A stretch of DNA of 64,000 bases, from NCBI RefSeq assembly GCF_001194135.2, contig NC_068989.1, forward strand, positions 91,951,082 through 92,015,081, written 5' to 3'. Shown piece after piece: positions 38,660 through 52,174 of this stretch; position 1 is the first letter of the stretch; each line of letters starts with the position of its first letter. The notes under the pieces are model-generated. The model was given only the letters and a program-made list of their open reading frames with translations, was not told where the DNA came from and did not search any database. This DNA is from Octopus bimaculoides (Eukaryota). Made by a program: the position numbers and the translations under genes.

Positions 38660-39943
38660 TGTATGGACGAAGCAAATATATCATTTCGTGGATCTTGAAC
38701 TTTATATAATGCATGCATTGTTTCTTACAGTTGATAAATAGAAGAATGGCTCAACTGATATCTTAAATACTGTGACTTTCCTTTTTATTTTACATTTCCT
38801 CCCATCATCCGATGTTATTGTTAAAGATGACCTTAGGATGATGACTTGTGCTTAATATGTTGTTCAGCCTTTCTAGAGAGATTTATGATTAAAAGCATTT
38901 GAGCAAAAACCATTCTAACTCTCTTTCAGGCGCTGAACTACATTTTCCAATGCATCCTATCTATATTTTGAGACAGTAGGGCGTGATTTAGAGAAGTTAT
39001 GATGTTGCTACATATATAGAAGGTCGAATGATCATGAGGGGTTTCCAGCTGTCGATCGTCAGTGGAGTAGAGAAAGTGTGATGAAAAATTATTGCTGTGT
39101 GAATATAGGTTATATTTTCGCTTATATCAATGTTTCGCATGGCTGGTTATGTGCTTAGCCTGTCTATAGACGGGGGAAATATTTTAATATATCAATTTAT
39201 TATCCTGCCTCTATTTAGACATGGCTTTTGTATTTCATTCTAGTTTTTGAAGGGTTGACTGGGAATAAATTTCAGAGCCAATTCAATTACCAGATCTATT
39301 GTTTCGTAAGTTAAAATTTAATTTCTCTGTGGATGTGTAGGATTGAGTTAATTGTACATGTCTATTTTTCAACTAATTTATCGTTTTATAGAGCCATTTT
39401 TATGCCACCAGTCGATGGTATTTTAGTACTTTTATGAAGCGTTACCATTGGGAAGCCACAAATCAGGATTTCTACTGCTATTTAAAGATCCAATTTATGT
39501 TTCGTATTATTCATTATTTCCTTTCATGTTTTTGTATTTGCGCGTGTTTTGATACGTCTATAACTAAATTTTAAATTATTAGTTATTAAAGAAATTATGT
39601 ATATATATATATATATATATATATGGCACAGGGAGAAATGTATTATATTATTATTGCTAGGCTATTTATAGCGACAGTCTAGACGTTTCTAATTTTTGTT
39701 CCACCTATTCTTCTGTCTCAATGTTGTATCATTTTCATGTCTGTTTTTTTTTTGTCGTTCTTTCGTCTTGCATCAATATTTATTTTTTCATATGAAAAAT
39801 GTTGTAGATGTGGAAATGTGTCATTCTTCGGGAATATTGTATTTCATATTACATGATATTTTCTGTTATTTTTAAAATGGGACACATTCTAATTTAATAA
39901 AGAATTTATATTAGTTAGAGATAATGGAAAGTGTATACATACG

Positions 39944-39985
<42 letters not shown>

Positions 39986-40228
39986 AGTGTATACAATTTT
40001 ATTTACATAAATACATATACTTCTGTGTATATGTGAGTTTGTGTGTATAATTCAATTCGTCTTTCTATGTGGTTCTTAGAAACCATTAGGAATAACGTGA
40101 CAATGGAAGTTATGCAATCTGGCGCCATGCAACTCCATGTTCTTGGATATATTTTGGAATGTGGTATTCTGTATACTTATCATCCACTGAAATAAAACCC
40201 CCACTATTAAAAGTATACACACACACAC

Positions 40229-40259
<31 letters not shown>

Positions 40260-40269
40260 TGTGTGTGAA

Positions 40270-40570
40270 GGCGCGTGGCTTAGTGGTTAAGGTAATCAGC
40301 TCGCGGTCGTAGAGTTGCGTGTTCAAATCCCGGTGGCGCGTTGTGTCCTTGAGCAAGACACTTTATTTCACGGTGCTCCAGTCCACTCAGCTGGTAAAAA
40401 TGAGTAGTACATGTATTTCAGAGGGCCAGCCCTGTCACACAGTGTCGCACTGAATCTCCCTGAGAAATAAGTGAAGGAGTACTCGTGTCTGTGAAGTGCT
40501 CAGCCACTTGCACATTAATCTCACGAGCAAGCTGTTCCGATGATCGTATCAACTGGAACCCTCCTCGTCA
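40270..40570 (+). mobile_element. SINE family B
   Basis: ggcgcgtggcttagtggttaaggt...gttcaaatccc, tgtgtccttgagcaagacactttatttcac. Confidence 0.9.
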
Positions 40571-42434
40571 AATGCTAATCTGGGAGGATACACGTGGAGT
40601 AGAAGTGTTGCTGAAGATGTGTGACGAAAGATTTACAGACAAAAGACATAAGGTAAAATAAGAACAATAACATTCAAGTGAACAACGAATATATATAGTG
40701 AGTTTCTTTATTTGACAAGGAAAAATTGACCATCCCGAAATATAACTGCGCGTGTGTGTGCGTGCTCGTAGTGGGGAAATCTTAGGAGGCGTTGTTAGAG
40801 GGAGAAAAAAGAAAGGAAGAACAGAAATAAAGATAGGAAGATAAAAATAAGGAGAAAAGAATGAAACAAAGGGTTCATTTTCGGGGATAGTTGAAACTGA
40901 TCATAGGTCAAAAAGTGAATTTTCTTTTAGTTATTCTATTTTTTGTCGGTTGTTATGTTACCCACCTGAAGAAAATAGAATTTATCAAATAGCTTTGGAA
41001 GGTTTTTAAATATGCGTGTGTTTCTCTGCGTGTTTAAGTGTGTGTTGGTTGCTTAAGTGAATTTTTCCAGTTATTTTAGTAAGAGTAATGAGAACATTAT
41101 CAATAAGTTCCTGAGGTAATCTGATTTGCTTCATCCAGGAGAGTAAATTTTTAATTAGTATTTCTCGTGTGTTTATAAATACATCTTTTTAAAACGTTTA
41201 GTTAAGTAAGACTTTGCTGATAAAATGTAATTTCATTGCTTTTCTGGTAGTTTGGGTCATTCCTTGAACATTTGCAGAAGTGAAAGATCTTGTATCTGCT
41301 GGTTCCGGATATTTCCAGATGTTTAATCAGCAGAGCCAGGCGTAATTGATTTGTTTGATGTGTTTTCTCTGGATTCTTGTATGCTGGATTCCGTGCATGA
41401 CGTTTGACACATTCTTGCCTGTCGGGAAACATGTGAGCTCCAAGGTAAGGTCTTGTATCAATGTCTGTCTATACAAATATTCTCCTGCATAGACGAATGA
41501 GACCCTAAATAGGTTCTTAACGTCGAAATTGCAATAGAGATTTACCCTTTTATTTTCAAGTTGTAGATTCTATATGTCATGTTGCCCGCAGACTGCATTT
41601 ATTGCGAGAAGATATGAGTGATAATAGTGGCTTTATAGTGGTTTTTGACTGCTATTTCTAAACATGTACGAGTTCTTGAAACCCTCTTAGTTACATAATA
41701 AAAACTCTGTTTTATGATAACATGTTTGGCCATTGATATATTCATAAATAATTATTAATTGTTTATGAAATATCCTCCGTAATGTATTATTACATTAATT
41801 TTTAATTATATGTGTGTGTGTGCGTGCGTGCGTGCGTGCGTGCGGGTATGTATCTGTATATACTTACATTCACATAAACACAAGTGATTAATATATAGAA
41901 TCACATATACATATGTTTAAGGGAGAAAAAGAAGGAAAGCAAGTAGTAGTAGTAGTGGTGGTGGTGTGGAAAGAACAAGTGAATATGTTGGTAATTACAC
42001 CAAGATTCCAGTTTTAGTGACCTCAACCGTATTTAATGTAGATTGGTGCAAGCTTGTGCTTTGGTCAAGTAACTAGTACTTAATAAGACTGACCGCTGGC
42101 TTGGTTTCAATCTAGTTACTTCCATACTGTCCAGGAAACAACTTAATTACAACAATGTTGCATCTAACAGATTTATCAACGAATATTCTTGACAGCAGTA
42201 ATAGATTACGAGTGTGTCTATTTTCGGTACACGTTCTTCACTATTATGGCACGTTACACTGGAAAATATTCCTTGTCTTTAAGGCTGTAGTATGAAAAAT
42301 AATTAGCACTGAATGGTTTTAGACTTAGATGAGAATTCCTCATTTATTCCTTACTCTTTCCCAATCTCTCTGAATCGCACACTTCTCTCTCTCTCTCATT
42401 CTCTCCCTTCTTTTATCTTTTTTTCTTTTTATTT

Positions 42435-42600
42435 CTTTCTGTCATTTGACTGTGGCCATGCTGGAACACCGCCTTTAGTCCAACAAATCGACCCCAGAAC
42501 ATATTCTTTGCTAGCATTGTAGTTATTCTATTAGACCCTTTTGCTGAACCACTAAGTTACGGGGTATAAACACACCAACATCAGTTGTCAAGCGATGGTG
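42435..42600 (-). mobile_element. 3' half of SINE family A
   Basis: Tail match in reverse. Confidence 0.8.
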
Positions 42601-43053
42601 TGTGTATGTACGTATGTATGTAAGAAGGTATAGTTCAATGTTCGGTAAAGATAAGATTAAAAAAAATGTACTCCATCCAGTGAGAGATAAATATTATTTA
42701 ATGTACACTGTATTAAGATAAGAGCTACTAATATATTCTTGCTCCGAAGAGAAGAGACCACATTTTCAGAGCCAGATGGTTGCTTGCAGGCACAAGGCAC
42801 GTTATAAACCAGCCTGTCAACGTATTTTAATAGTAAGAAACCGTTCAAGTGTTCCTGTGAAGATGAAGGTAGAGTTAATGTACAAGCATTTGGCTAGCAT
42901 TCATTTTCAACCGAGTAAACGGTGACAACGTGAAATCTAATGTTTTGCTCAAGTACGCTGTCTGGTCTAGAAATTGAGCCCAACATGTAATACTCGAAAG
43001 CTGTTCTCATGCGCACGCACGCACACACACACACATACATACATACATATATA

Positions 43054-43401
43054 CAGGGTGATTCAAAAGTCGCCATACATAGGAAGAATTTATCTTTTTA
43101 TAAGAAACAGTTTATAAGAACAGTTTTTAATTTAACAGTCTCTATATGGTTACTATTGTTTTGAATACACATTGCAATATGTTTACCCTACTCATTGTGA
43201 ATTCGTAATAGCACATCTGGTGATGCGTGTGCAAATGAGTTGGTGATGCGTTCCTTCAAATGATTTATGTCTTTTATCTTTCAAATGCCCCCAAAGATAG
43301 AAATCAAGAGGGGTCAGATCAGGGGATCTAGGGGATTTTATAAACTGTTTCTTATAAAGAAAATTAAATTTTTCGTATGTATGAAGACTTTTTGAATCAC
43401 C

Positions 43402-43404
<3 letters not shown>
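43054..43404 (-). mobile_element. Non-autonomous Tc1/mariner (DD37D/maT-like) deletion derivative
   Basis: TIRs cagggtgattcaaaagtc / gactttttgaatcaccctg, TA on the left flank; internal minus-strand PRSPDLTPLDFYLWGHLK...INHLKERITNSF. Confidence 0.9.
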
Positions 43405-43455
<51 letters not shown>

Positions 43456-44009
43456 TGTGTATTACATCTATAAATGTTACAATTATTGATGATACTGTCG
43501 GATTGAAACATATGTAGAATTTTATTTGGAGATGTTTGGGTTGTTTTGCTGATGCGGTTCCTTTTATACTTGTTCTTATAGGTTTATCTTTGAATCCTTT
43601 ATTTTTTTAGTTTGTATTACTTTTCCATTGCGATACAAATAAGATGAACCAAGCATCTTTTATATATTTTTCCTCTCCATATCCTTCAATTGACTTTTTA
43701 ACACACATACACACACACATGTATGTAATTCATGTTCAGTTAGTTGAAGGAAAGAAAACGGAGAGTTAAAAGTTAATTATTTATAAAAAAATTGGCAATC
43801 TTTATTTCTTATAGCCGTTTCCATTAGGGCCCAATTGGTAAAATATAAATTTGCGCTTTAAATTTGCATGTATATCTTATGAGCATAATTTCATCAGAAA
43901 AATAGACATTATTTAAGGAAATTTCATATCCCCAAAATACTGGGTATGAAACTATCGTTTTCTTGGAGGTAACCATCACTTTATGAGGTTAACATATTCT
44001 CTAAGCAAT

Positions 44010-44040
<31 letters not shown>

Positions 44041-44139
44041 TGGAATGTCTTGTGCAAGACAAAGTATGAGCTTTCAATCTTTGCCAAAAACCTTGCAGAA
44101 ATGATTCTTTTAATAGTGATCAAATGCATGTATTTTACA

Positions 44140-44495
44140 GTGGCCCACCCCCTCCATCAAGTCAACGTTGCCTGAACAAGTGCACCATACGACAAATTAG
44201 GCGTCGACGTGTTCGCAGAGCAACGGGAAATTAAGTATTTTGTTCAAGCACACAAGAAACCGTCCGGGCTACGAATTGAAACCATGATCTCGCGATCAAC
44301 AGCCTAACCACTAGGCCATGCGTCCTAATATATATATAAATACATACACACATATGCATAATAGGAGCACTTCGTCGGAGTGGATTGGAGCCATGTGAAA
44401 TAAAGTGTCTTGCTCAAGGACAAAACGCGTCGCCGGGAATTGAACTCACGACCTTACAATCCTGAGCGAAATGTCCTAACCACCAAGCCACGCGT
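44140..44495 (-). mobile_element. Two adjacent family B-type SINE 5' fragments
   Basis: Two reverse tRNA-like heads (ending ~44325 and ~44495), each with the ttgctcaag.acacaa/aaataaagtgtcttg core. Confidence 0.75.
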
Positions 44496-45044
44496 ATACA
44501 GTCATACATACATACATACATACATGTATTCACTCATGCACGTGGGCAAACTTTTAATGTGTGCGGGGATTGTATTGTAATATGTTTTATTATTGCTTTA
44601 TTTTGTACCCGTTAATCCTATGTCTGGAAGAGATAGCCAATTGTCACTTACATATAGTGTCCTTTCATTGGCAATCTCCGCTATGACCCCATCACCTCTA
44701 GCCTTCCTCGCGGCTCTGTGCTTCTTTATAATATTCACCTTGAATCTCTGCTGAAGGATAACTGGTTCTTTCTGATAAGATATTTATATGTTGTCTACGA
44801 ATGTCCACTTCCTGTGATGAGAAAATTCGTACGAGATTGTCTGTACATCTGATGTGATAGGTTTCGCCATGCAAATACATATATACACGCATATATATGT
44901 ATATACGTGAGTGTGTGTACATACTTCCATATAGTCACACTCACACACTCATAAATGCATTTGTGTATATGTATATATGTGTAAATATATATATGTATAT
45001 ATAGATATAGGAAAATAGAATTTTCTTTACACGTATGCACATAA

Positions 45045-45102
<58 letters not shown>

Positions 45103-45649
45103 TGTATGTGTATTATGTATCATATATATATGTATATATATATATACGAATATACACTACATACGTATGTATGTGTATGTAGTGTATACATGCTTACATA
45201 TGCACACTCACACACACACATTACTCTAGGAGACTGTGTGCATGTCTGTGTGTCGAATTTGTGTTTCCATGCCGTATAAACATGCTCCATTTGGTTTGAT
45301 GTGTAACGTTATTTTGATAAGTTATCAATGATTCAGGTTTTGGGCGAGGAATTGGCGATGTGGTTCCAGTGAAATTGCTGCCGCAAACAATATAAAGTTA
45401 TCAGAAGGTTATAGAGTCTCCTTTTAAATCTATGATTTATGAGTTTCAAATATCTGCAGGAATGAGACACGATATAAACATTCAGCAGGTTTTTGGTGAA
45501 TTATGTGCTCAAACGTATTATTTTAGCTTGTTTATTGTATTACTTCTCTCCTGTATTTCTTCCGTTATTTTGCTGCTCTTTTCCTCCATTTTTGTGCGGA
45601 ATACTTTTCGAGTTGTTCTGCTGGTGTTTACTGAAGTTTCCTGAACAGG

Positions 45650-45815
45650 TAGAGGTATGGTTGTGCGGTCAAGGAACTGGTTTTGCAGCTACGTAGTTTC
45701 GGTTTCAGGCTCACGATACGGTACCCTGGAAATATCCCTTCTAATATAATCCTGGTCACCCAATTCCATATGCTTAAATTTGGTAGACGGAAACTGGATG
45801 GAAGTCCATCATATA

Positions 45816-45851
<36 letters not shown>

Positions 45852-45960
45852 TTTGTGTTTTTCTTTGTCCCGTCCGAACCCCTTGAAATCCGATGTTGGT
45901 TTGTTTAGTCCCCATAATTCAGCATTTTGTCAAAAGAGACCGATAGAATAAGTACCAGGC
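45650..45960 (+). mobile_element. SINE family A with an altered head
   Basis: ggtatggttgtgcggtcaag..., tttggtagacggaaactg, (TG)n, agaccgatagaataagtacc. Confidence 0.75.
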
Positions 45961-45962
45961 TT

Positions 45963-46333
45963 AAAATTTATTATTGGTGCTGCTAATTATGTTTTGATAA
46001 ATTGCTGTTTCTTTTCAGATATCATCAGAAAAAGGTAATTAAAATTCACTAAAATGACAGATCTATCGGACTTTCAAAGAGGTCAAATTGCTAGTGCTCG
46101 TTTGGCAGTCGCTAGTGTAACGAAAACAGCGAAAATGTTTGGTGTATAAAGAAGTATTGTCTCTTTCAGCTATTTTCGTTAAGCTAGCGCCTGCCATACG
46201 AGCACCAACAATTTGACTTCATAGAAAGTGCGATAGATCTGTCATTTTAATTAATTTTAATTACCTTTTTTTGATATCTGAAAAGAAACAGCAATTTACC
46301 AAAACATACATAGCAACACTAATAATAAATTAA
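45963..46333. mobile_element. Foldback of two Tc1 5' ends (arms ~45963-46138 and ~46164-46333)
   Basis: The left arm encodes MTDLSDFQRGQIASARLAVASVTKTAKMFGV (Tc1 HTH N-terminus); the right arm is its diverged reverse complement. Confidence 0.85.
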
Positions 46334-46885
46334 AAATCATAAAAATAAACAAGGGAGTTCTTATAAATTTGTATCACTGTAGTGTATGAACTGACTGATT
46401 TTTGACTACTGTTTCTAGCACATTAATCATCGAAGTAAATGTTCTACTTATAGTACGAAATATTTTCACCACTCAATAATCAAGCCTCAGATATCTCTCA
46501 TTTGTTATGGCACCGCATCTGCACTAAGCGCCTTAATTTCAAATACTTAGTCTTAAATATACGAGGACCTCAACATTAGTTGGTTTGAAAAACTGAGGAG
46601 AATTTCCATATGAGGAATGAAGGAATTTATTTCATTCAACACTGCGAACATATTTTTCTCGCCTGTGACATTCATGAATTCTTTATCATCTTTATTTTCC
46701 TCCTTTATGTAACTTTAATTATTTGCTTGCTTCAGCCACCAGAGCTTAATCTCGCTAGTACCTTCTTTAAGATGGTATGTATTCTATCGACTTTTTTTTT
46801 TTGCCGAAACGCTTAGTTACGGGTACGTAAACAAACCAACGCTGGTTGTCAGGCGGTGTGAAGTACTAGTACAGATGCAAACACA

Positions 46886-46921
<36 letters not shown>

Positions 46922-47160
46922 CATCTGGTGCACACACACACGCACACACATCTGGTGCACACAGACACGCACACACATCTGGTGCACACAGACACGCACA
47001 CACATCTGGTGCACACAGACACGCACACACATCTGGTGCACACAGACACGCACACACATCTGGTGCACACAGACACGCACACACATCTGGTGCACATACA
47101 CACGCACACACATCTGGTGCACACACACACACACACACACACACATCTGGTGCACACAGA
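46922..47160. repeat. 27-bp minisatellite (catctggtgcacacagacacgcacaca) x9
   Basis: catctggtg at 46922, 46949, 46976, 47003, 47030, 47057, 47084, 47111 and 47144; lies in the (CA)n centre of a reverse family A SINE remnant. Confidence 0.95.
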
Positions 47161-47329
47161 GACACACATACACCTATATGTCAATGATTGTGTGCAAGCT
47201 ATAAATAAATAGCTAGTTAGTTATATACATACACACATACCTGTGGACTGGTATAACCATGTGTATGTGAATAATTATGTACGTGTATGTATATACATTT
47301 CTGTGTATATTCAACACACACGTTGATAT

Positions 47330-48110
47330 TCTGGGTGGATGAAAAGTCAGTAGGAATTAAAAATTAGTAATAAAAACCCTATTCCTTTTACATGTTCTTT
47401 ATTACATGAAAGTAAATCTTCATATTTCAACGTAAGTATCGGTGCCGCCAACCTGTTTTCTCAAGCGGCCACGGACAGAATAAACAACCTTCTGAAGGAC
47501 CTCGTCTGGGATATCATTGAGAACCCTCAGATCTGTGTTTCCAAGTCCTCCAGTGTGCAAGGTTTTGCCTTATACACCGTTTTTGTGTAACCATATGAAC
47601 TGAAATCTGAACTCCTTGGAGTTCTTGATTCCTGCACGTAATGGGGTTTTCCACGGATGAAAATTCAATTCTTTATGCAACACCATACGTATTGTGTATC
47701 TTGTTAGTCCACTTTCACAAACTGCTTGACGTGTTGATTTTTGCGGGCTGCGATTAATCATTTCCAGCACTTTTGGCACGTTCTCCGCTGAACAGAATGT
47801 AGTTCGAGGGCCACTACTTCTTGCATCGTTCACAGGGCCGGTTGTCATCAGCTTTGCATGACAACTTTTTATTGCCTCCTGACGTAGTGCTACATGGTGA
47901 CGTTTCCATGCACGCAACCATCTGTGAATCAAAAACAATGAAATTCCACACTTCATAGCATGCTGTTATCTTAGTTCGCTCCTGAACAGTCATGCGACAG
48001 ACCATCTGCGAAAAAAGAAATATGACAATCAAGAAATAAGAAATCCCCATTAGTGTTGTCTGTTTGAAAAGCGTTTTCGTCATGACTTCAGTGATACAAA
48101 GAATTCTATG
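47330..48110 (-). mobile_element. Tc1/mariner (DD37D/maT-like) element lacking the catalytic core
   Basis: MTVQERTKI...; TTGPVNDARSSG..RTTF.SAENVPKVLEMINRSPQKSTRQA..ESGLTRYTIRMVLHKELNFHPWK is joined directly to TVYKAKPCTLEDL...VLNDIPDEVLQKVVYSVRGRLRK...TYVEI*. Confidence 0.85.
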
Positions 48111-48160
48111 AGCAATTTCTAATGCCTAGTTACTCCCCCCTCTCTTTCTCTCTTTCTCTC

Positions 48161-48230
<70 letters not shown>

Positions 48231-49469
48231 ATGTACATAGATACATACATATGATTATATGGGTACAGGGCGTCACCAACAGTAAACATGAAATACGAAA
48301 ACAAATGAGTTCAATACGAAAACAACGAGAGAAACAAATGGAAAACAGAAGTAACACAAAGAACGACCCTTCATCAGTTGTTGGTGATATACCTACTTAT
48401 CATTTCGAGCACTGAACAACAATGAGTCTTCGAAGACAGTTGCTCCCATAAGTACCAAAATAGAATTTTGGATTCATGGACGGCCAAAGCTTGGAACCAA
48501 AAGAAAAAAAAACTGTCAGAGCCAGAGGGAAAAAGACGGGCCGGCCGGCAGACAGACGGAGACAGACTGATATATGGACAAACGGTAAGACCGACAAACA
48601 GATAGATAGATAGATAGATAGATAGATGATAACTAGATAGATGTTAGATAGATAGAGATATATGGAAAGATGATAGATAGACAGGTAGGTAGGTAGATAG
48701 ACAGACACTTTCTGAATTAAAGCCAACACCAATGCCTTCTCAAAACGTATTTGTAAAGATTATGTTAAAAATATTGTAAATCAACAACACATCTGTTTCT
48801 ATTGGTTCTACGTAAATAATTCAGTTTCTACGGAAAAAAATAGTTAAATAAACGAATCATTCCTCGTTGCCATTGAAATTTCGATTTTAATTCAATTCCA
48901 TTAAATGCATTTCATTGCTGTTAGCAACAAAAATTGCATGAGTGGACCAAGTATTAATTCAATTCGCTTATGATGAACAGAAATTTAAACCACACTGTCA
49001 CTGACATTAAATTTAGACTCATTGATTCATGCGAGGGAAATCTATTTTTCTGACTGAATTTAAGCATTATTATTGATTTCTGAAATGTTGTAGACGGCTG
49101 AGCTGGTCTCAAGTTATACTAGTGTTTCCATAGCTCAATGTTCGTATCACGCCATTAGTAGATTTTTGTGTCCAAGGTCAACACACTTAAAGCTCTCGCT
49201 AATAAATTTCCCATTAATCGCGCCTCAAGGCAATGAATACATCACAAGATTAACTAGATGTTTTATATTTTTATTTTTTCAACCGCCTGCTTATTAATTT
49301 GTGAATATGTTCATAAATTATGGCGAGTTTAGAAAATGCGAACGCATTCTGCTGATGTAAGAAGGCATAACCTCGCTTTCATAAATACATACATCACGTG
49401 ATTACGTGATCGACCTGACTAACGGTTGTTTTAAGCATTGCTGACAGCAATGTGCTTTGCATATTTTTG

Positions 49470-49650
49470 CCTGATCGGAAGACTCGTCCGACGCTGGGTT
49501 ATCCATTTATTTAAAGCTGAGTGGATAAGAGAAGCGTGAAATGAAGTGTTTCGCTCGAGAACACAACGTGCATCCGGTCTGGGAAACGAAACCACGACAA
49601 TTGTGATAGCAACACGGCTAATCACTGGGCTACGCGTTTCACCATACATA
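49470..49650 (-). mobile_element. SINE family B-type fragment
   Basis: Reverse head gaaacgcgtagcccagtgattagcc and core gtgaaatgaagtgtttcgctcgagaacacaacg. Confidence 0.7.
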
Positions 49651-49669
49651 CATACATACATACAAACTT

Positions 49670-49985
49670 TTACTTGTTTCGGTCATTTGACTGTGGTCAT
49701 GATGGAGCACAGCCTTGAAGGGTTTTAGTCGAATGAATCGACCCCTGTACGTATTTTATAAAACTTAGTTCTTATTCTATCGCACACTTTTGCCGACCCG
49801 CTAAGTTACGGAGATGTAAACACCAACACTGGCAGTCAAGCGGTGATGAGGGACACACACACACACACACACACGCGCACACACGCACGCACGCGCACAC
49901 GCGCATACACACACACACGCACGCACGCACGCACACACACACACACTCTTATTTATATACACGACGTGCTTCTTTCAGTTTCTGA
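49670..49985 (-). mobile_element. 3' two-thirds of SINE family A
   Basis: Tail, (CA)n centre and tctttcagtt. Confidence 0.8.
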
Positions 49986-50329
49986 ATTATCTTAAAGATG
50001 GAACAATTTGTGTGCTCGTACTGAAGATTTCCGCTCGTACTTCAGGGCAAAACTTCGCACGAGTCTCGGCTCCTACAGCAAATTACTCGCACAACGGGGC
50101 GCTCGTGCTGTGAGGTTCTACTGTACTAATTCTTTTTATGACTGTCCTTTCCTTAATTTCAGACTTCCTTTGTTCCATTTTCTATCGAATGCGTACTCTC
50201 TTTTACTTTTTCTATTCATTCCTCTCTTCCTTCTTTCTCTTCACTTTAGTCCTTATTTTCCAAACCATCACGTCCCTTCCCCTGTCCTCTTTATCACTTC
50301 CACTTTTCGTTATACCTGTTCCTATACCC

Positions 50330-50883
50330 GGATCTTTTTTAAAACGGGGGCCTCACTTTTCATTAATGTTTTACGTAGTGTTTTTGGTACCGAAAGGCTT
50401 TCAAACTTCGTATACTTATCTATTTTGTGTTATAGAACAGAAAAATATTTTTGTATTCGAATTTATTTCATGTAAAAAATTGTCTTATTTCGATAATTTC
50501 AACCAATCACTGACAAGTATTCAGTTGTTTATATTTACTCCTTTGGCTGATTAAGTGGTGTAAAGCGTATTTAATTTCCATAGCTTCGTTTTGCTTTTTT
50601 CTTTTTAAATTTGCTGTTTTACCCTAACCCTATCACCGATAGAATTGTTTCAGAATCGTTTGTTTATGTAGTCGGCACTTAATGTATATCGGCTGAATGG
50701 ACGTCAGTGATTGGTTGAAATTACAGAAATACGACAACTTTAACATGGAATAACTTAGGGATTTCTTTTTTTTTTAAAGAAGACTAAGAGAAAAAGATGG
50801 TTTATATGACACATTCTACCAGTGTTCCAAGTTTCAAAGTGTTTCTTTAATGAAAAATGTGGCCCCCGTTTTAAAAAAGATCC
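50330..50883 (+). mobile_element. Complete 554-bp MITE with a 23-bp TIR, subterminal CCAAT-containing inverted blocks and a CCCTAA core
   Basis: ggatcttttttaaaacgggggcc ... ggcccccgttttaaaaaagatcc; aatttcaaccaatcactgac in both orientations; accctaaccct at ~50620. Superfamily not determined. Confidence 0.9.
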
Positions 50884-51149
50884 CTATAGCCTCTCTTTAC
50901 GCTACCTCTTCAAGCCTTACCATTCTTTCACGGCTCTTCTTCGTTACAACTAGAAATGACTCTCAAGAATAAAAACATTAATCTTCTTGGGCGTTCCAGT
51001 TTTCTGAAAAACATCAATGGGCCGATTGAGTAAACCTATCAATATCAAACCTATAATGACTACCGGAAACAGCTGTAAGTGAAATTTACTACAATCAAGA
51101 AAAGCATATAACAACCATTATTTCTACCTTGTCTCGTATGTATATGTAT

Positions 51150-51343
51150 CTATGATTGACCGTTGACCGAACACTATTCAATTTTTTTTCTCCGTGTTTT
51201 TCTCCTTGTCTCCGTATTCTTTCTGTTGAAGAGCGTAGCTCGAAACGTTAAAGACTTTCCGTATTCCCGAGCGTCATACTAATACATCCTTTTGTTGTTT
51301 ACACCACCTGTCCTCGTCTGTTGTTGTTTTTTCGTACATTCTC

Positions 51344-51346
<3 letters not shown>
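51150..51346 (+). mobile_element. Penelope-type repeat family H1, hammerhead-like motif intact
   Basis: CTTT-CTGTTGA-A-GAGC gta GCTC-GAAA-CGT-T-AAAG at 51219-51253; ends ttctccca(TA)n. Confidence 0.8.
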
Positions 51347-51382
<36 letters not shown>

Positions 51383-52174
51383 GTACGTACGTACGTATAT
51401 CTGTTTAGTGCCAAATGTATGGAAAAGAGTACTCAATATCAACTTAAAGATTGATGATGTATTTCGGGATGGAGGGCGGAGTCACTCTCTTCTTACTCTG
51501 AATTTTCTTGTTCCTGCTCAGGAGCTTCAAACAAGTTAAATTTATTCTTTGTTATATATTGCACAAAGTGCAAAGAAGTAACGGGCAGAGATCTTTTACT
51601 GAAGATACTTTAAACGTATTTTTTCCTATTTTTCTTCATTTTTTTTTCTCGAGCCCGGAGAGACATAAGACCAGTTGCTTGATTTCCATCGTGCATAAGT
51701 AACCGAGATCACATTCCCACTGATTGGAGTGCTGGTTTGTAACAGGTTCCAAGGCCAACAATTTTGAGAAGATGGGGACAAGTCGATCATGTAGATCCAA
51801 GTATTTCACTGGTACTTAGCTTATCGAACGCGAAGAGATGAATCCCTCGATGGGATTTGAACACAAACTTTAAAAATCTGGAAGAAGTGCTGCTAAGCAT
51901 TTTGTCTGACACGCAAGCTCCGATCTCTAACCTTAAGAAATATACACTTGTTTATAGCAACAATTTCAGCAATTAATTAGTTATATTTGTCGAAAATATA
52001 TAGCGACAATGTTATCTCATGTTTTCATAGTTTAGCATGATTTTAGCATCCGACAATAACGACCAATACCTTTACTTAATTGGGAGATGTTCAACTTGTT
52101 ATATTACGAAGGTAGCATCATTTCTTGTGTCTGTAAAGATAATTACTCTCTTTGCGAATATTCCGTCAGTCATA

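Noticed and set aside
40270-40345. tRNA genes (also 30958, 53781 and family A/C heads)
   Set aside because: A/B boxes are present but there is no clean cloverleaf, and each continues into a shared SINE body.
41280-41445. Plus-strand exon (acceptor ttgcAG, donor AAG|GTAAGG) with a TM-like peptide
   Set aside because: All three frames contain stops from the acceptor; at most a non-coding exon.
44738-44852. Minus-strand candidate exon CTDNLVRIFSSQEVDIRRQ...
   Set aside because: Weak pyrimidine tract and no homology recognised.
46922-47160. CRISPR-like array
   Set aside because: Units are head-to-tail with no unique spacers, the context is eukaryotic, and there are no cas genes.
48270-48500. 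Minus-strand CTGATGAAGGG with an upstream GAAA as another hammerhead
   Set aside because: No stem II partner or downstream GAAAC; probably a fragment of a different repeat.
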